From the NCBI RefSeq assembly GCF_009914755.1, contig NC_060929.1: a DNA stretch of 64,000 nt. One strand, given 5' to 3'. The notes beneath the pieces were generated by a model. The model made no database searches. It was not told where the DNA came from and saw nothing but the letters and a program-made list of their open reading frames with translations. Every line of letters starts with the position of its first letter. The first letter of the stretch is position 1. Shown one piece after another: positions 28,610-43,329 of the stretch. Position numbers and translations under genes: made by a program. This DNA is from the human T2T-CHM13v2.0 reference genome, Homo sapiens.

Positions 28610-29720
28610 AGGTCATATATATACAACACAGTAAAATTCATTTGTCACAGTCTGCATTTTATCCTGTAATCCCTAAAATCTTGGTTGATCTTTTTGAAGT
28701 TTGTATACAGTAAAGTTTACTCTGCATGAGTTTTAATACATACGTGGAGTCATGTATTCCCCACCACAGTGCCCTAGAGAAGAAGAGTTCCATTACCCTA
28801 AAGATTTCTCTGTCTGGCCTTTTGTAGTCAACCACTCTCCCCTTTCCCAATGCCTGGCAACCATTGATATGGTTTCCACCTATAGTTTTTTTTTTTCTTT
28901 TCCAGAATTTTATTTGAATGAAATCATGTAATATGTGGTCTTTGGGCTCTGAGCTCTTTCATCTTACAAAAGGCATTTAGTATTCATCCATACTGTTATA
29001 TAAATCAATGGATTATTTATTTTTATTGTTGAATAACAGCAGTCCATTTGATGGATGTACCAGTTTTTTATCCACTCAACTGATGAAGGACATCTTAATT
29101 GTTTCCAGTTTTGGTAGATTAGGAATGAAGCTGCTATGAACTTTTGTTTATGAATTTTTGTGTGAACAGTTTACTTGGGTAAGTATCTAGAAATAAGATT
29201 TCTCCTTTTAAAACTTTGTAAGAAACTGCCAAACTATTTCCCAAAATGGTTTATCATTTTCTATCCCCACCAGTAATGAATGAGAGTTCTTGTTCTTGTT
29301 TTTCCACTCCCTTTCCAGCATTGAGAATTATCAATTTGTTTGATTTTGATAATTCTAATAAATGTGTAGTGGCATCTCATTGTTATTTTAATTTGTATTT
29401 CCCTAATGATAAGCAATATTCTTGGTTGCCATTCATATGTCTTCTTTGTGAAGTGCCTGTTCAGATATTTTGCACATTTTTAATTGAATTATTTTACTGA
29501 GTTTTAAACATTCTTTATATATTCAGGATGTAAGATTTATAGCAGGTATGTAATTTGAAAATATTTCTCCCTCGACTGTATTTTCAATCTTTAATAGTGC
29601 TTTTGCAAAGTAAAAATTTTAAATTTTGATAAAGTCTAATTTGCAATTTTTATCTCTTATAAGTGATACTTTTGGTCTTTCATCATAAAACTCATTGCCT
29701 ATCCAAAAGTCATACAAGTT
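28610..29720 (-). mobile_element. Old L1 (L1MB/MC-type) 3' fragment
   Basis: CCTGGCAACCATTGAT, GAATGAAATCATGTAATATGTGGTC, AAGAAACTGCCAAACT, CCCACCAGTAATGAATGAGAGTTC. Confidence 0.8.
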
Positions 29721-30242
29721 TCTTAGATAGGACTCAGATCCATGTGTCCTCATTATTGTGCAAATTGTGTGCTAGAGTGCCTACATTTGGGCTGTCCAGA
29801 GAAACACACTGTTAGGGTCTAACCCATCCAAGTCAGAGTTACCAACAACTCTAGAATTTTTAATTGAAAAAAATAATTTTCAACAGCTTTTGTCTTATAA
29901 ATTACTAGACCTGATATTTTAGTTCTTAATGTAAGCACCTTTATCACTTTTTTAAGGCTTTTAGAGATAATCTACAGCAACTTAAATGAGGGCATTGATC
30001 ATTTATGGGATAACTGGTAGAGCTATGCAGAACTCCACAGGTCTATTTTTTAAAACATTACTAATACTTCTTATTTCAGTTAATAAATTTAATAGTAGTG
30101 CCAAAAGTACTCCTTAGTACGTCCACACAGTAGAACCTACATTTATTAACTGCTTCATTTGATTAATTTTATCCTCAGAGAGACTTTCAAAGTTGTGAAT
30201 TTGATTATTCATGATCAGTTTCTTGTGCATAAATCTCAACTT

Positions 30243-30526
30243 GGCTAGGTGCCATGGCTACCACCTGTAATCCCAGCACTTTGGGGGGCCAAGGTGAGCA
30301 GATCATGAGGTCAAGAGATCAAGACCACCCTAGCCAACATGTTGAGACCCCATCTCCTCTAAAAATACAAAAAATTAGCTGGGCACGCTGGCATGCACCT
30401 GTAGTCCCAGCTACTCAGGAGGCTGAGGCCGGAGGACCACTTGAACTCAAGAGGCAGAGGTTGCAGTGAGCCGAGATCGTGCTCCTACACTCCAGCCTGG
30501 TGACAGAGTGAGACTCCATCTAAAAA
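30243..30526 (+). mobile_element. Alu (AluSc-like)
   Basis: AGGTCAAGAGATCAAGACC, CCAGCCTGGTGACAGAG; TSD ATCTCAACTT. Confidence 0.93.
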
Positions 30527-30557
30527 ATATCTCAACTTAACCTTGAAGATGTACTTG

Positions 30558-31865
30558 TGAGAGGTGACAACGTGCTAGCAGCCCTCGCTTGCTCTCGGCG
30601 CCTCCTCGGCCTCAGCTTCCGCTCTGGCTGCACTTGAGGAGCCCTTCAGTCCACTGCTGCGCTGCGCTATGAGGGCCCCTCAGGGGCTGGCCGAGGCCGG
30701 AGCTGGCTCCCTCTGCTTCTGGGGAAGTGTGAAGAGGAGGCGTGGGTGGGAGCTGGGGTTGCATGTGGTGCTCACTGGCTAGCGCAGGTTCCAGGTGAGC
30801 ACGGGCTCAGCAAGCCCCACACTCGGCGCAGCTGGTCAGTGCCTGCTGGGCTTGATCGGAGGCTGAATCCTGTGCGTGGACCACCATTCTTTCTTCGCGG
30901 GATTGTTGGCTAAGATAGCAGGTCTCCATCTCTTTCTCCCTTCCCCTCTTTTCCTATTGATTGTCTGGGACAAGCTCCCTCTGGGCTGCCAGAGTGCCAG
31001 GGCTAGGTGCTGCCAAGTCCTCTGGAGAGTGCCAGTGAGAGGTGAAGCCAGCTGGGCTTCTGGGATGGGTAGGGACTTGGAGAACTTTTCTGTCTAGCTA
31101 AAGGATGGTAAACACACCAATCAGCACTCTATGTCTAGCTAAAGGTTTGTAAATGCACCAGTCAGCACTCTGTGTCTAGCTAAAGGTTTGTAAATGCACC
31201 AATCAGTGCTCTGTGTCTAGTTAATCTGGTTGGGAACTTTTCAGTCTAGCTAAAAGATTGTAAATGAACCAATCAGCACTCTGTGTCTAGCTAAAGGTTT
31301 GTAAACGCACCAATCAGCATTCTGTCAAAACGGACCAATCAGTTCTCTGTAAAATGGACCAATCAGTTCTCTATAAAATGGACCAATCAGCAGGATGTGG
31401 GTGGGGTCAAATAAGGGAATAAAAGCAGGCCACGGGAGCCAGCAGAGGCAACCGGCTCAGATCCCCTTCCACACTGTGGAAGGTTTGTTCTTTCCCTCTT
31501 CTCAATAAATCTTGCTGTTGCTCACTCTTTGGGTCCACACTACCTTTATGAGCTGTAACACTCAGTGCAAAAGTCTGCAGCTTTGTTCCTGAAGCCAGTG
31601 AGACCACAAAACCACCGGGAGGAACAAACAACTCCGGACGTGCCACCTTTAAGAGCTGTAACACTCACTGGGAAGGTTTGTGGCTTCACTCCTGAAGTCA
31701 GTGAGACCATGAACCCACTGGAAGGAAGAAACTCTGGACACATCTGAACATCTGAAGGAACAAACTTCCGACACACCGTCTTTAAGAACTGTAACACTCA
31801 CTGCAAGGGTCTGCAGCTTCATTCTTGAAGTCAGTGAGACCAAGAACCCGCCGATTCCGGACACA
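30558..31865 (+). mobile_element. Long solo LTR12 (LTR12D/E-like)
   Basis: TGAGAGGTGACAACGTGCTAGCAGCCCTCG start, GC-rich 5' part, about 7 CCAAT units, ends CCGGACACA; perfect TSD CTTG (30554-30557 / 31866-31869). Confidence 0.95.
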
Positions 31866-34006
31866 CTTGGAAACATTATTGGGATACTATTCCATAGAGA
31901 CTGGATTTGGAAATGAGAGCTGTCTTAGGTTTGGTGTGGAAGTTTGAGAGAATCTACAGCTATTTGTTTAACTATTAACATGTATCTGTTTTCTCCATTT
32001 AAGTGTTCTAGGTTGTGTATAGTTGTTTTTAACATGTAAACAGAGCCTTTTTTATAGTATGAGCTTTACAAATATTTATTACATTTTAGTTTTGACTTCA
32101 AGGTAATGTCAAGTGTATGATATATATTCCCAGAATTGTATTACAGATGGCTCTGATATGGATTTGAAGTACTCCATGGTGAAAAGAAGCAATACAGATG
32201 CTGCTTTTTATTCTTTTAGTCTCTGTGGAATCAAAGATGGCCCAAATCTGATCGTTTTCATGAATCGAAGCCTGATTTGGAAAATTTAAGTGAGTGGTAT
32301 CTGAAAATAATAATCCATGTCGAAACATATAAATAGAAAAAATTACTATCCACATAGCATAATTGTAATCATTGATCAGCAAACCCATAATCTTATCAAT
32401 GACTTGCTACCTTACTCACTAGATGACTAGATGTTGACCAAAATTTTAACTTAAGTGCATCATGCTCTTATATTAAGGCTTTGATGTATTTTTAAAATTA
32501 AATTAGCCAATGAGAGGTATTTTAAGCTGTTTTAAGCCATTGACATCTTACTGTGACTGAGATTACAAGTTTAGGTTTTGGTAGAGGAGAGAAAACCAAA
32601 AATATTTTGTATCTAAGTGATAGGAAATGGGCAAGAGAAGGATAAAGAATAGAGAGACAGAGCTCCAGGAAATCAAGCTTTACTCTATCCACAATTAATA
32701 TTCGAAGTAGTCCTTTTGGGCTTTTGAAAATGATAAAAGTGGAACCTTTAGTTTCATTTGCTTCAAAAATAAAGAACATGAGTTCTTTATGTTCTATCTC
32801 CTACAGCTCTTCCAGCTTCCTGGGTGTTTATTAATTCATGGTTATACTATTGAGTAAGCAGCCTATGGCTTCAACTTTATAAGTAAATGCTACTATATAT
32901 ATATGTTTATTTTTCAAAGATGCCAAATTAATAATAGTTAAACAATTAATTTGAAATCAGTGACATAGTAGGTAATTGTAATGTGACACTTTTCAATAAC
33001 ACTGCATAAAAAGATTACAGGCAGATATATCAGGATACTAGAGTAATTATTCTTTTTGGTTTGTGGATACTATTTTCTTGTGTTTACTTTTATTGACTTG
33101 TAAAATTTACTACAAGAATCTTGACATTATTAATTCTATAGGAATATTCATTTAGGTTTAAAAATTCATTTAGGTTTAAAATTCATGTATTGAAAGTTTC
33201 TTATTCCAGTTTCTAAAGAGAATGTACATAACTGGCATATAAGTTGCCATTCATAGCCACACAATAACAGTGGGTAACTTCAATTCCCCACTGACAGCCT
33301 TGGACAGATCTTTGAGGCAGAAAACTAACAAAGAAATCCTGGACTTAAATTTATCACTTGACCAATTGGACCTAACATCTTCAGAATACTCCACACATAA
33401 ACCACAGAATATACATTCTTCTCATTTGCACACAGAACATATGCCAAGATCAACCGTATACTCAGCCATAAAATAAGTCTTAATAAATAAAAAAAACCTG
33501 GAATTATACCAGCCATATTCTTGGATCAGTGGAACAGAAATAGAAATGAATACCAAGAAGATAGCTCAAAAAGCATACAATTACATGGAAATTAAACAAC
33601 ATAGATCTGCGTGACTTTTGGTAAACGTCAAAATTAAGGCAGAAATGAAAAAAAGATATTTGAAATAAATCAAAGCAGAGACAACATATCAAAATCTGGG
33701 ATGCAGCAAAAGTAGTGTTAAGAGGAAAATTTGTAATGCTAAACACCTACCTCAGAAAGTTAGGAAGATCTCAGATTAATAATCTAGCCTGGAGGAATCA
33801 GAAAAACAGGAATAAACTAACCCCAAGGCTAGCAAAATAAAATAATAAACTTAAATCAGAGCAGAAAAAATGATCCATGCAAAGAATCCATTATACCAAA
33901 AGTTGGTTATTTGAAAGCATTAAAATGAGATTGATAGGCCACTAGCTAGATTAACAAAGAAAAAAAGAAAATCCAACTAAGCACAATCAGAAATGACAAA
34001 GATGAC

Positions 34007-34431
34007 TGTGCTATTCTATTTTCGTGTTGCTGTAAAGAAATACCTGAGGCTGGGTAATTTTAAACAAAAGAGGTTTAATTGTCTCACAATTCTGTGAGCT
34101 ATAAAGGAAGCATGGTGCTGGCCTCTGCTCAGCTTCTGATGGGACCTTAGGAAGCTTAAAATCATGGCATAAGGTGAAGGGTAAGCAGGTATATCACGTG
34201 GTAAGAGTGTGAGCAAGAGAAAGAAGAGGTAGGTCCCAGAATCCTTTAAGCAATCAGATCTTGCATGAACTAACTCAGTGAGAACTCACTCATCACCAAC
34301 GGGATGGTTCTAAGCCATTCATGAGGGGCCTGCTGCCATATTCCAATACCTCCCACTAGGGCTCCACATTCAACATTGGAGGTCACATTTCAATATGAGA
34401 TTTGAAGGAGATAGACATCTAAACAATATCA
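34007..34431 (-). mobile_element. MST (MSTA/B-like MaLR) LTR nested in the L1
   Basis: TTGCTGTAAAGAAATACCTGAGGCTGGGTAATTT...CACATTTCAATATGAGATTTG...AATATCA; TSD ATGAC/GTGAC. Confidence 0.9.
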
Positions 34432-35816
34432 GTGACATTACAATGGATCCCACAGAAATATGAAAGAACGTCAGAGACTATTATGAACCACCTCTATGCA
34501 CATTATCTAGAAAATCTTGAGAAAATTGATAAATTTTTGGAAAAACATAATCTCCCAAGATTGAATCAGGAAGAGAATGAAACCATGAACAGACAAATAT
34601 CAAGTTCTGAAACTGAATCAATAATAAGAAATCTAACAATAAAAAAAAAGCCCTGGACCAGATGGACTTATAGCTAAATCCTACCAGGGGTACAAAGAAG
34701 ACCTAGTACCAATTCTACTGAAACTATTCCAAAAAATTGAGGAGGAGGGACTCCTCCCTAATTCATTCTCTGAAGCCAGCATCACCCAGATACCAAAACC
34801 TGGCAAAGCTGCAACAACAGCAACAAGAAAAAAACTACAGGCCAATATCTCTGATGAACATAGACACAAAAAAATACTCAACAAAATACTAGTAAATTGA
34901 ATCCAGCAGCAATAAAAAAGTTCATTCACCATGATCAAGTAAGCATTCCTTCATGGGATGCAAGCTTGGTTCAACATATGCAAATCAATGAATGTGATCC
35001 ACCCCGTAAACAGAATTAAAAACAAAAACCATATGATCATCTCAATAGATGCAGAGAAAGCTTTCAATAAACTTCAACATCCCTTCATAATAAAAACCCT
35101 CAACAAACTGTGCATTGAAGGAAAATACCTCAAAATAATAAGAGCCATCTATGACAAATCCACAGCTAACATCACACTGAACAGGCAAAAGCAGGACGCA
35201 TTCTCCTTGAGAACTGGAACAAGACACGTATGCCCAGACTCACCACTCTTGTTCAATGCAGTACTGGAAGTCCTAGCCAGAGCAATCAGTCAAGAGAAAG
35301 AAATAAAAGTCATTTAAATAGAAAAAGAAGAAATCAAACTATGTCTCTTCCTTGATGATGTGATTCTATACCTAGAAAACCTTAAAGATTCTGCCAAAGT
35401 GTCTTGGAACTGATAAATAATTTCAATAAAGTTTCAGAATACAAAATCAATGTATAAAAATCAATGGCATTTCTATACATGTTTCAAATTGAGGGGCAAA
35501 TCAAAAATTCAATTCCATTTACAATAGCCACAAAAAAATAAAATACCTGGGAATACATCTAACCAAGGAGGAAAAAATCTCCATAAGAGAACTATAAAAC
35601 ACTGATGAAAGAAATCATAGATGACACAAATAGGAAAACATCCCATGTCCATGGATTGGCCATATTGTCCAAAGTAGTCTACAGATTTAAGGCTAGTCTT
35701 ATCAAACTACTGACATCATTTTTAACAGAATTAGGAAAAACTATTCCTAAATTTCATCTGGAACAAAAAAGAGCCTGAATAGCCAAAGCAATCCTAAGTT
35801 AAAAAAGAAAGCTGGA

Positions 35817-36122
<306 letters not shown>

Positions 36123-37637
36123 TCACATTACCAGGTATCAAACAATTCTGTAAGGCTACAGTAACCAAAAGAGCATGGTACTGGTATGAAAATAGACATG
36201 TAGATCAATGGAACAGAATAGAAAACTCAGAAATAAAGCCATACACTTACAACTATCTGATCTTTGACAAGAACAACAAAAATAAACAATGGGGAAAGGA
36301 CTCTCTAGTCAATAAATGGTGCTTGAATAACTGGCTAACCATATGCAGAAGAATGAAACTGAACCCTTACTTTTCACCATATACAAAAATTAACTCAAGA
36401 TAGATTAAAGATTTAAACGTGAGACCTCAAATTATAAAAGTCCTAGAAGAAAACCTCGGAAATACCCTTCTTGATATTGGCCTTGGCAAAGATTTTTTGA
36501 CTAAGTCTTTAAAAGCAATTGCAACGAAAACAAAAATTGATAAGTCAGACCTAATAAAACTAAAGACCTTCTATATAGCAAAGGAAACTGTCAACAGGGT
36601 AAACAAACAACTTACAGAATGGGAGAAAATATTCACAAACTATGCATCTGATAAAGGTCTAATACCCAGAACCTACAAGGAACATAAACAAATCAACAAG
36701 CAAAAAACAAATAACCCCATTAAAAATGGGCAGCAGACATGAGCAGATGCCTCTCAAAAGGAGACATGAGTGGCCAACAAACATGTAAAAAAATGGTCAT
36801 CCTTACCAATCACCAGAGAAATGCAAATCAAAACAACAGTGATACCAGTTAGAATGCTATTACTAAAATTCTTACAGCAGTCAGAATGACTAGTATTAAA
36901 AAGTCAAAAAACAACAGATGCTGGAAAGGCTGTGAAGAAACGGGAATGCTTTACACTGTTGGTGGGAATGTAAATTAGTTCAGCCACAGTGGAAAGCAGT
37001 CTGGAGATTTTTCAAAGGACTTAGAATGGCCATTTTACCCAGCTATCTCACTACTGGGTTTGTATCCAAAAGAAAACAAATTGTTCTACTAAAAAGATAC
37101 ATACACTCATATATTCATCACAGCACTATTCCCAATAGCAAAGACAAGAAATGAACCTAGGTGCCCATCAACAGTGAGTTGGACAAAGAATATGTGGCAT
37201 ATATGCGGAATGGAATACTATGCAACTATAAAAATCAATGTAATCATGTCCTTTGTGGCAATATAGATGCAGCTGGAGGCCATTATCCTGAGCAAATTAA
37301 TTCAGGAACAGAAGACCAAAACTGCATATTCTCGCTAATAAGTAGGAACTAAACACTGCATACTCATGGACATAAAATTTGCAAGAGTAGACATTGGGGA
37401 CTACTGGAGGGTAGACAGAGGAGAGCTGGGTTGAAAAACTACCTATTGAGTACTATGCTCACTATCTAGGTGATGGGGTCATTCATACTCTAAACCATCT
37501 CAGCATCACACGATATACTCATGTGACAAACCTACATATGTACCCCCTAAATCTAAAATGAAATTTGAAATTATATGAAAAATAAATTGCCATTCATCTT
37601 TTTACTGAAGCTTCTGAAGTACAAAGATATTCCTAGA

Positions 37638-37711
37638 ATATGACGTCATATAGGCATTAATTTCCATGTTATGAATTCACCAGTAAAATTGTTTAAACAG
37701 AGAAGTAAACA
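37638..37711. promoter_or_regulatory. Candidate enhancer motif cluster (CRE, TAAT homeobox, forkhead)
   Basis: ATATGACGTCATAT, CATTAATT, TGTTTAAACA and GTAAACA within 75 bp of non-repetitive sequence; motif evidence only. Confidence 0.35.
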
Positions 37712-38466
37712 AGACGGTAATGTTATTCAGGTAAAAGTAGAGAGGGAAAAGAAATATTGGAACCAGTTCAGCAACCAAAATGGTGCCAGAGCCCAAGCAT
37801 GAGTTATTAAAGGCTGGTGGTTCCTCTCTCCTGACCCATTACCATTCTTATCTCTGATGCTCCAGGCTGTCAGTTTCTTTCTTTTTTGACCATATACAGG
37901 TAAGGAAAGCCCATTTATGAGCTATTTTATTTCCAAGTTTTAAAAATGTCAATTGATATAGGCTATGATCTACAGTAATGCTTAATCTATTGAAGTTTTT
38001 GCATCAAATTCCATCTTAAGATGCAAGCCTGAAGCCCATTTAATGCCAAATGTAAATACAAGTGCTAGTTTCAAAGGGCAAGATTCAAAGAAAGACAAAC
38101 AGAAGAAAAGTATTTTAATTGCTATCTAAAAGAAGGCTGTGTTCTTGGGTGAATACTTTGTTGATGTATTTGGGGTAGAAACAGAGGGAGAAATAATTAT
38201 GTAATGTTAAGCTGTTTTCTAAAATTCCAGGGCTCCTTAACTGCAAAAACCTTTTGTTTTTCTTTAAGGAAATGAGTACATTTAGGTAAGAACCAGAGAC
38301 AAGATTGAGAGACTGAGTGGAGCAAAATATAGAGAGAGCTGAGACCAGTTGGAGCTGGAAGGGATGTCAGTAATAGGGAATTTATTCAGTATCACTGCTT
38401 GTGGAGATATATAAATTCCTCTTCCCCATATTTCCATGAAGTCTCCATAAAAATTCTATTGAAATC

Positions 38467-39603
38467 TGTATGAGTTTGCTAGGACTACCATAACAGTGCC
38501 ACAAACTGAGTGGCCGAAGTAATAGAATGAATCTCAGTTATGGAAGTCTGAGATCAATGTGTTGGCAGAACCACATTCTCTTTGAAGATACCAGGAAAGG
38601 ATCTATTCCAGTCCTCTCTCCTTGGCTTGTGGCAGCATAATTCTAATCTTCACATGACATTCTCCTTACATACCTGTCTGGTTTTGTGTTCAAATTTTCC
38701 CCTTTTTATAAGGACAGCAGTCATATTGGATTAGGGCCTTTGCTAATTATTGCATTTTAATTTGATTGCTTATGTGAAGAGCTGATCTCTAAATAAAGTC
38801 TGGAAACTTTGGAGTTTGAGATTCAAAATACCTTTTTAGGGGGATACAATGTAACCTATTGTTGAGGGAATCAGGAGGATCAGAAAGACCATGGGGTAAA
38901 TATAGAAGGATTTATTGAGTGCACTCAGACCAAGCAGATTAACATCTGAAAACTGGGCAAAGAACAAAGACAACACTTGACTTTTTATACACACTTCTAA
39001 AAGGGGATGGGCTAGCCTGAAACAAGCTTACAGTGGCATGAAGCATACTGGTGTGAAAGCAAGGATACAGAGGCAGAACAAAGGCAGTTAATCAAATTGT
39101 GACAGGTGCAAAACCCAGAATTACATATGACCCTTACTATGCAGCCCAGATGGCTGTTACCTAGGCTTGCTCAAAAAAGCCTTTCACAGGCTTATCTCAT
39201 AACCTTTGCTATGGTGCCCAGATGGCTGCAGCCGAGGCCTGCTCAGGCATGTCTTATAATTTTCACTGTACTTCTCAGATAAAACAGAATACTTGAAGCT
39301 ACTAGTTACAGAAAACATGAATCTATAAATTCAAAAAACTTACAGAGCAAGGTACAATCACATGGAAGCAGGTGGGATTTGAGGGGGAACTTTACTTATT
39401 CTTATGTTCAGGGAGTGCTGGGAGAGTCTCCAGAGGACATTCCTTTGAGCCTCAGCTCCTTTGATAATGTTATCAAGACTACACCTGGGTCTGGGCTTTG
39501 CCTACTACTGCCTTTGGGATGAGTCAGCCTAATATAGAAAGCTTGTTTTTCTCTTTTTTAATTTTGTTTTTCTTCTTTCTCTAATTTCTGCCTCATTATA
39601 ACA
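38467..39603 (-). mobile_element. MaLR LTR (MLT1B/C-like), split near its 5' end by MER50
   Basis: TGTATGAGTTTGCTAGGACTACCATAACA..CCACAAACTG...TTATAAGGACAGCAGTCATATTGGATTAGGGCC...GGGGATACAATGTAACCTAT [MER50] TTATAACA. Confidence 0.85.
38860..39595 (-). mobile_element. ERV1 solo LTR (MER50-like)
   Basis: Minus strand starts TGAGGCAGAAATTAGAGAAAG...AAGCTTTCTATATTAGGCTGACT...GCCCAGACCCAGG; 736 bp; 4-bp TSD CTAT/TTAT. Confidence 0.75.
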
Positions 39604-41102
<1,499 letters not shown>

Positions 41103-41632
41103 TGTATTAGAGTTTTCTAGAGAAACAGAACAAATATATCAACTATATAATATACATATTACATCTCATATAGTGATAGAGAAAGAAGAGAGAGAGAAAG
41201 AGATTTATTCTATGAAATTAGTTTACATAATTGTAGGGACTGATAAGTCCAAAACTTATATGGCAAACTAGCAAGAAAGGAAATTCAGGTAAGATTTGAT
41301 GTTGCATGCAGTCTTGAGATTGAAATTTGCAAAGCAGGCCAGATGGGCTGGAAACTCAGGCAGTTTTTATATTGTAGTCTTAAAACCAAAATACTTTTTC
41401 TCTGGGAAAACTGAGTATTTGTTCTTAAGGCCCTTCACTGATTGGATGAGGTCTACTCACATTAGAAAGAATAATCTGCTTTATTTGAAGCCTACTGATT
41501 AAAGTTATTAATTTCTGATGAGATTAAAAACTTAGGTAGAATATACCTCCACAGCCACATCTATACTAGAGTTTGAGAAAACATCTGGGCACCACAGCCT
41601 AGCCAAGTTAATATTTTATATTAACCAGCACA
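41103..41632 (-). mobile_element. MLT2C/D-like (ERVL) LTR
   Basis: TGTATTAGAGTTTTCTAGAGAAACAGAAC...GGCTGGAAACTCAGGCAG...CTGATTGGATGAGG...GCCTAGCCAAGTT...ATTAACCAGCACA. Confidence 0.85.
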
Positions 41633-41640
41633 AACTCCAA

Positions 41641-42150
41641 TGTTCGGAACAGGCCACCCAAAATCTGGCCATAAACTGGCCCCAAAACTGGCCATAAACA
41701 AAATCTCTGCAGCACTGTGATATGTTCATGATGGCCATAATGCCCACACTGGAAGGTTGTGGGTTTACTGGAATGAGGGCAAGGAACACGTGGCGCACCC
41801 CAGGTGGAAAACCGCTTAAAGGTGTTCTTAAGCCACAAACAATAGCATGAGCGATCTGTGCTTTAAAGACATGCTCCTGCTGCAGATAACTAGCCCAACC
41901 CATCCCTTTATTTTGGCCCATCCCTTGGTTTCCCATAAGGGATACTTTTAGTTAATCTAATATCTATAGAAACAATGCTAATGACTGGCTTGCTGTTAAT
42001 AATACGTGGGTAAATCTCTGTTCAAGGCTTTCAGCTCTGAAGACTGTGAGACCCCTGATTTCCCACTTCACACCTCTATATTTCTGTGTGTGTCTTTAAT
42101 TCCTCTAGCTCTGCTGGGTTAGGGTCTCTCCAACCAAGCTGGTCTCTGAA
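41641..42150 (+). repeat. 5' LTR (MER9)
   Basis: TGTTCGGAACAGGCC..AAATCTGGCCATAAACTGGCCCCAAAACTGG; direct repeat of 45541-46053. Confidence 0.95.
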
Positions 42151-42152
42151 AG

Positions 42153-42170
42153 TGGAACCCATACGTCAGG
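42153..42170 (+). promoter_or_regulatory. Degenerate primer-binding site (tRNA-Lys type)
   Basis: TGGAACCCATACGTCAGG two nt after the LTR, a decayed form of TGGCGCCCAACGTGGGG. Confidence 0.6.
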
Positions 42171-42225
42171 GCTCGAATCCAGGTTGAAGAGTCGCTGGAG
42201 CAACAGTTGGAGAACGTGGAACTAA

Positions 42226-42544
<319 letters not shown>

Positions 42545-42613
42545 GGACCTGAGTACTCTTAAAGCAATTCCCGTGGTGAGTAAGAAGGGGAGCTCAGAAG
42601 CATCAGGGTAATA

Positions 42614-43286
42614 ATGGGACAAGTATGGGCTCTGGTTCGTTCCACTTTGGAACTTTTTCACACTAATGATGAGGAGGAAGGAGAGTATAATGAAGTAACA
42701 GAAGAGGTTACAGAGCAGGTTTGTTTGCCAGCTAAAGCTAAAGTGGCAAAGGAGGGAGAGGTTAATCCCTACCATTCTGCACCCTCTCATTATTATTTTG
42801 AAGAAAAAGAGTGGTCTGACCCTCCAGATCTTTCTTTTCCAGAGGACACTGGGTGAAAAGTAGTTGCCCCAGTGACTGTTCAAGCAGCACCTTGAGCAAC
42901 CACTCTTAATTCTATTCAGGCAAGAATTCAGCAAGCTAGACATGAGGGTGATTCAGAGGCTTGGCAGTTCTCTTTTAGAATACACCCCCCAGACCAACAG
43001 GGAAATATTATAGCTACATTTGAGCCTTTTCCTTTTCAATTACTCAAAGAATTTAAACAAGCTATTCATACTAAAAAAGAATGTAGAAATTATCAGTGAG
43101 TCAGGCCACCAGATAGGGGGAAAAAATAAAACTGCTGAATCTGAAATATGTCTAAAATGTAAAAAAGGAAAACTTTGGGCTAATCAGTGTCACTCTAAGT
43201 TTGATAAAGATGGGAACCTGATTTCAGGAAATGCCATGAGGGGCTTGTCCCAGGCCCCATTCCAAACCACGGCATTTCCAGCTTAG
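42614..43286 (+). pseudogene. gag: HML-3 gag remnant (most of capsid missing, stops and frameshifts)
   Basis: MGQVWALVRSTLELF start; decayed zinc knuckle CLKCKKGKLWANQC followed by HSKFDKDGN. Confidence 0.85.
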
Positions 43287-43329
43287 GCCATTCCCTCACC
43301 CCTGTATGATGTCTGTACCCCACCACAGC

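Noticed and set aside
31090-31395. Regularly spaced repeats resembling a CRISPR array
   Set aside because: They are the LTR12 U3 CCAAT tandem units; there are no unique spacers or cas genes, and the DNA is eukaryotic
32098-32388. 96-aa minus-strand ORF with an acceptor-like TTTTCAG at 32301
   Set aside because: No recognisable protein similarity and only a weak donor (CT|GTAATA)
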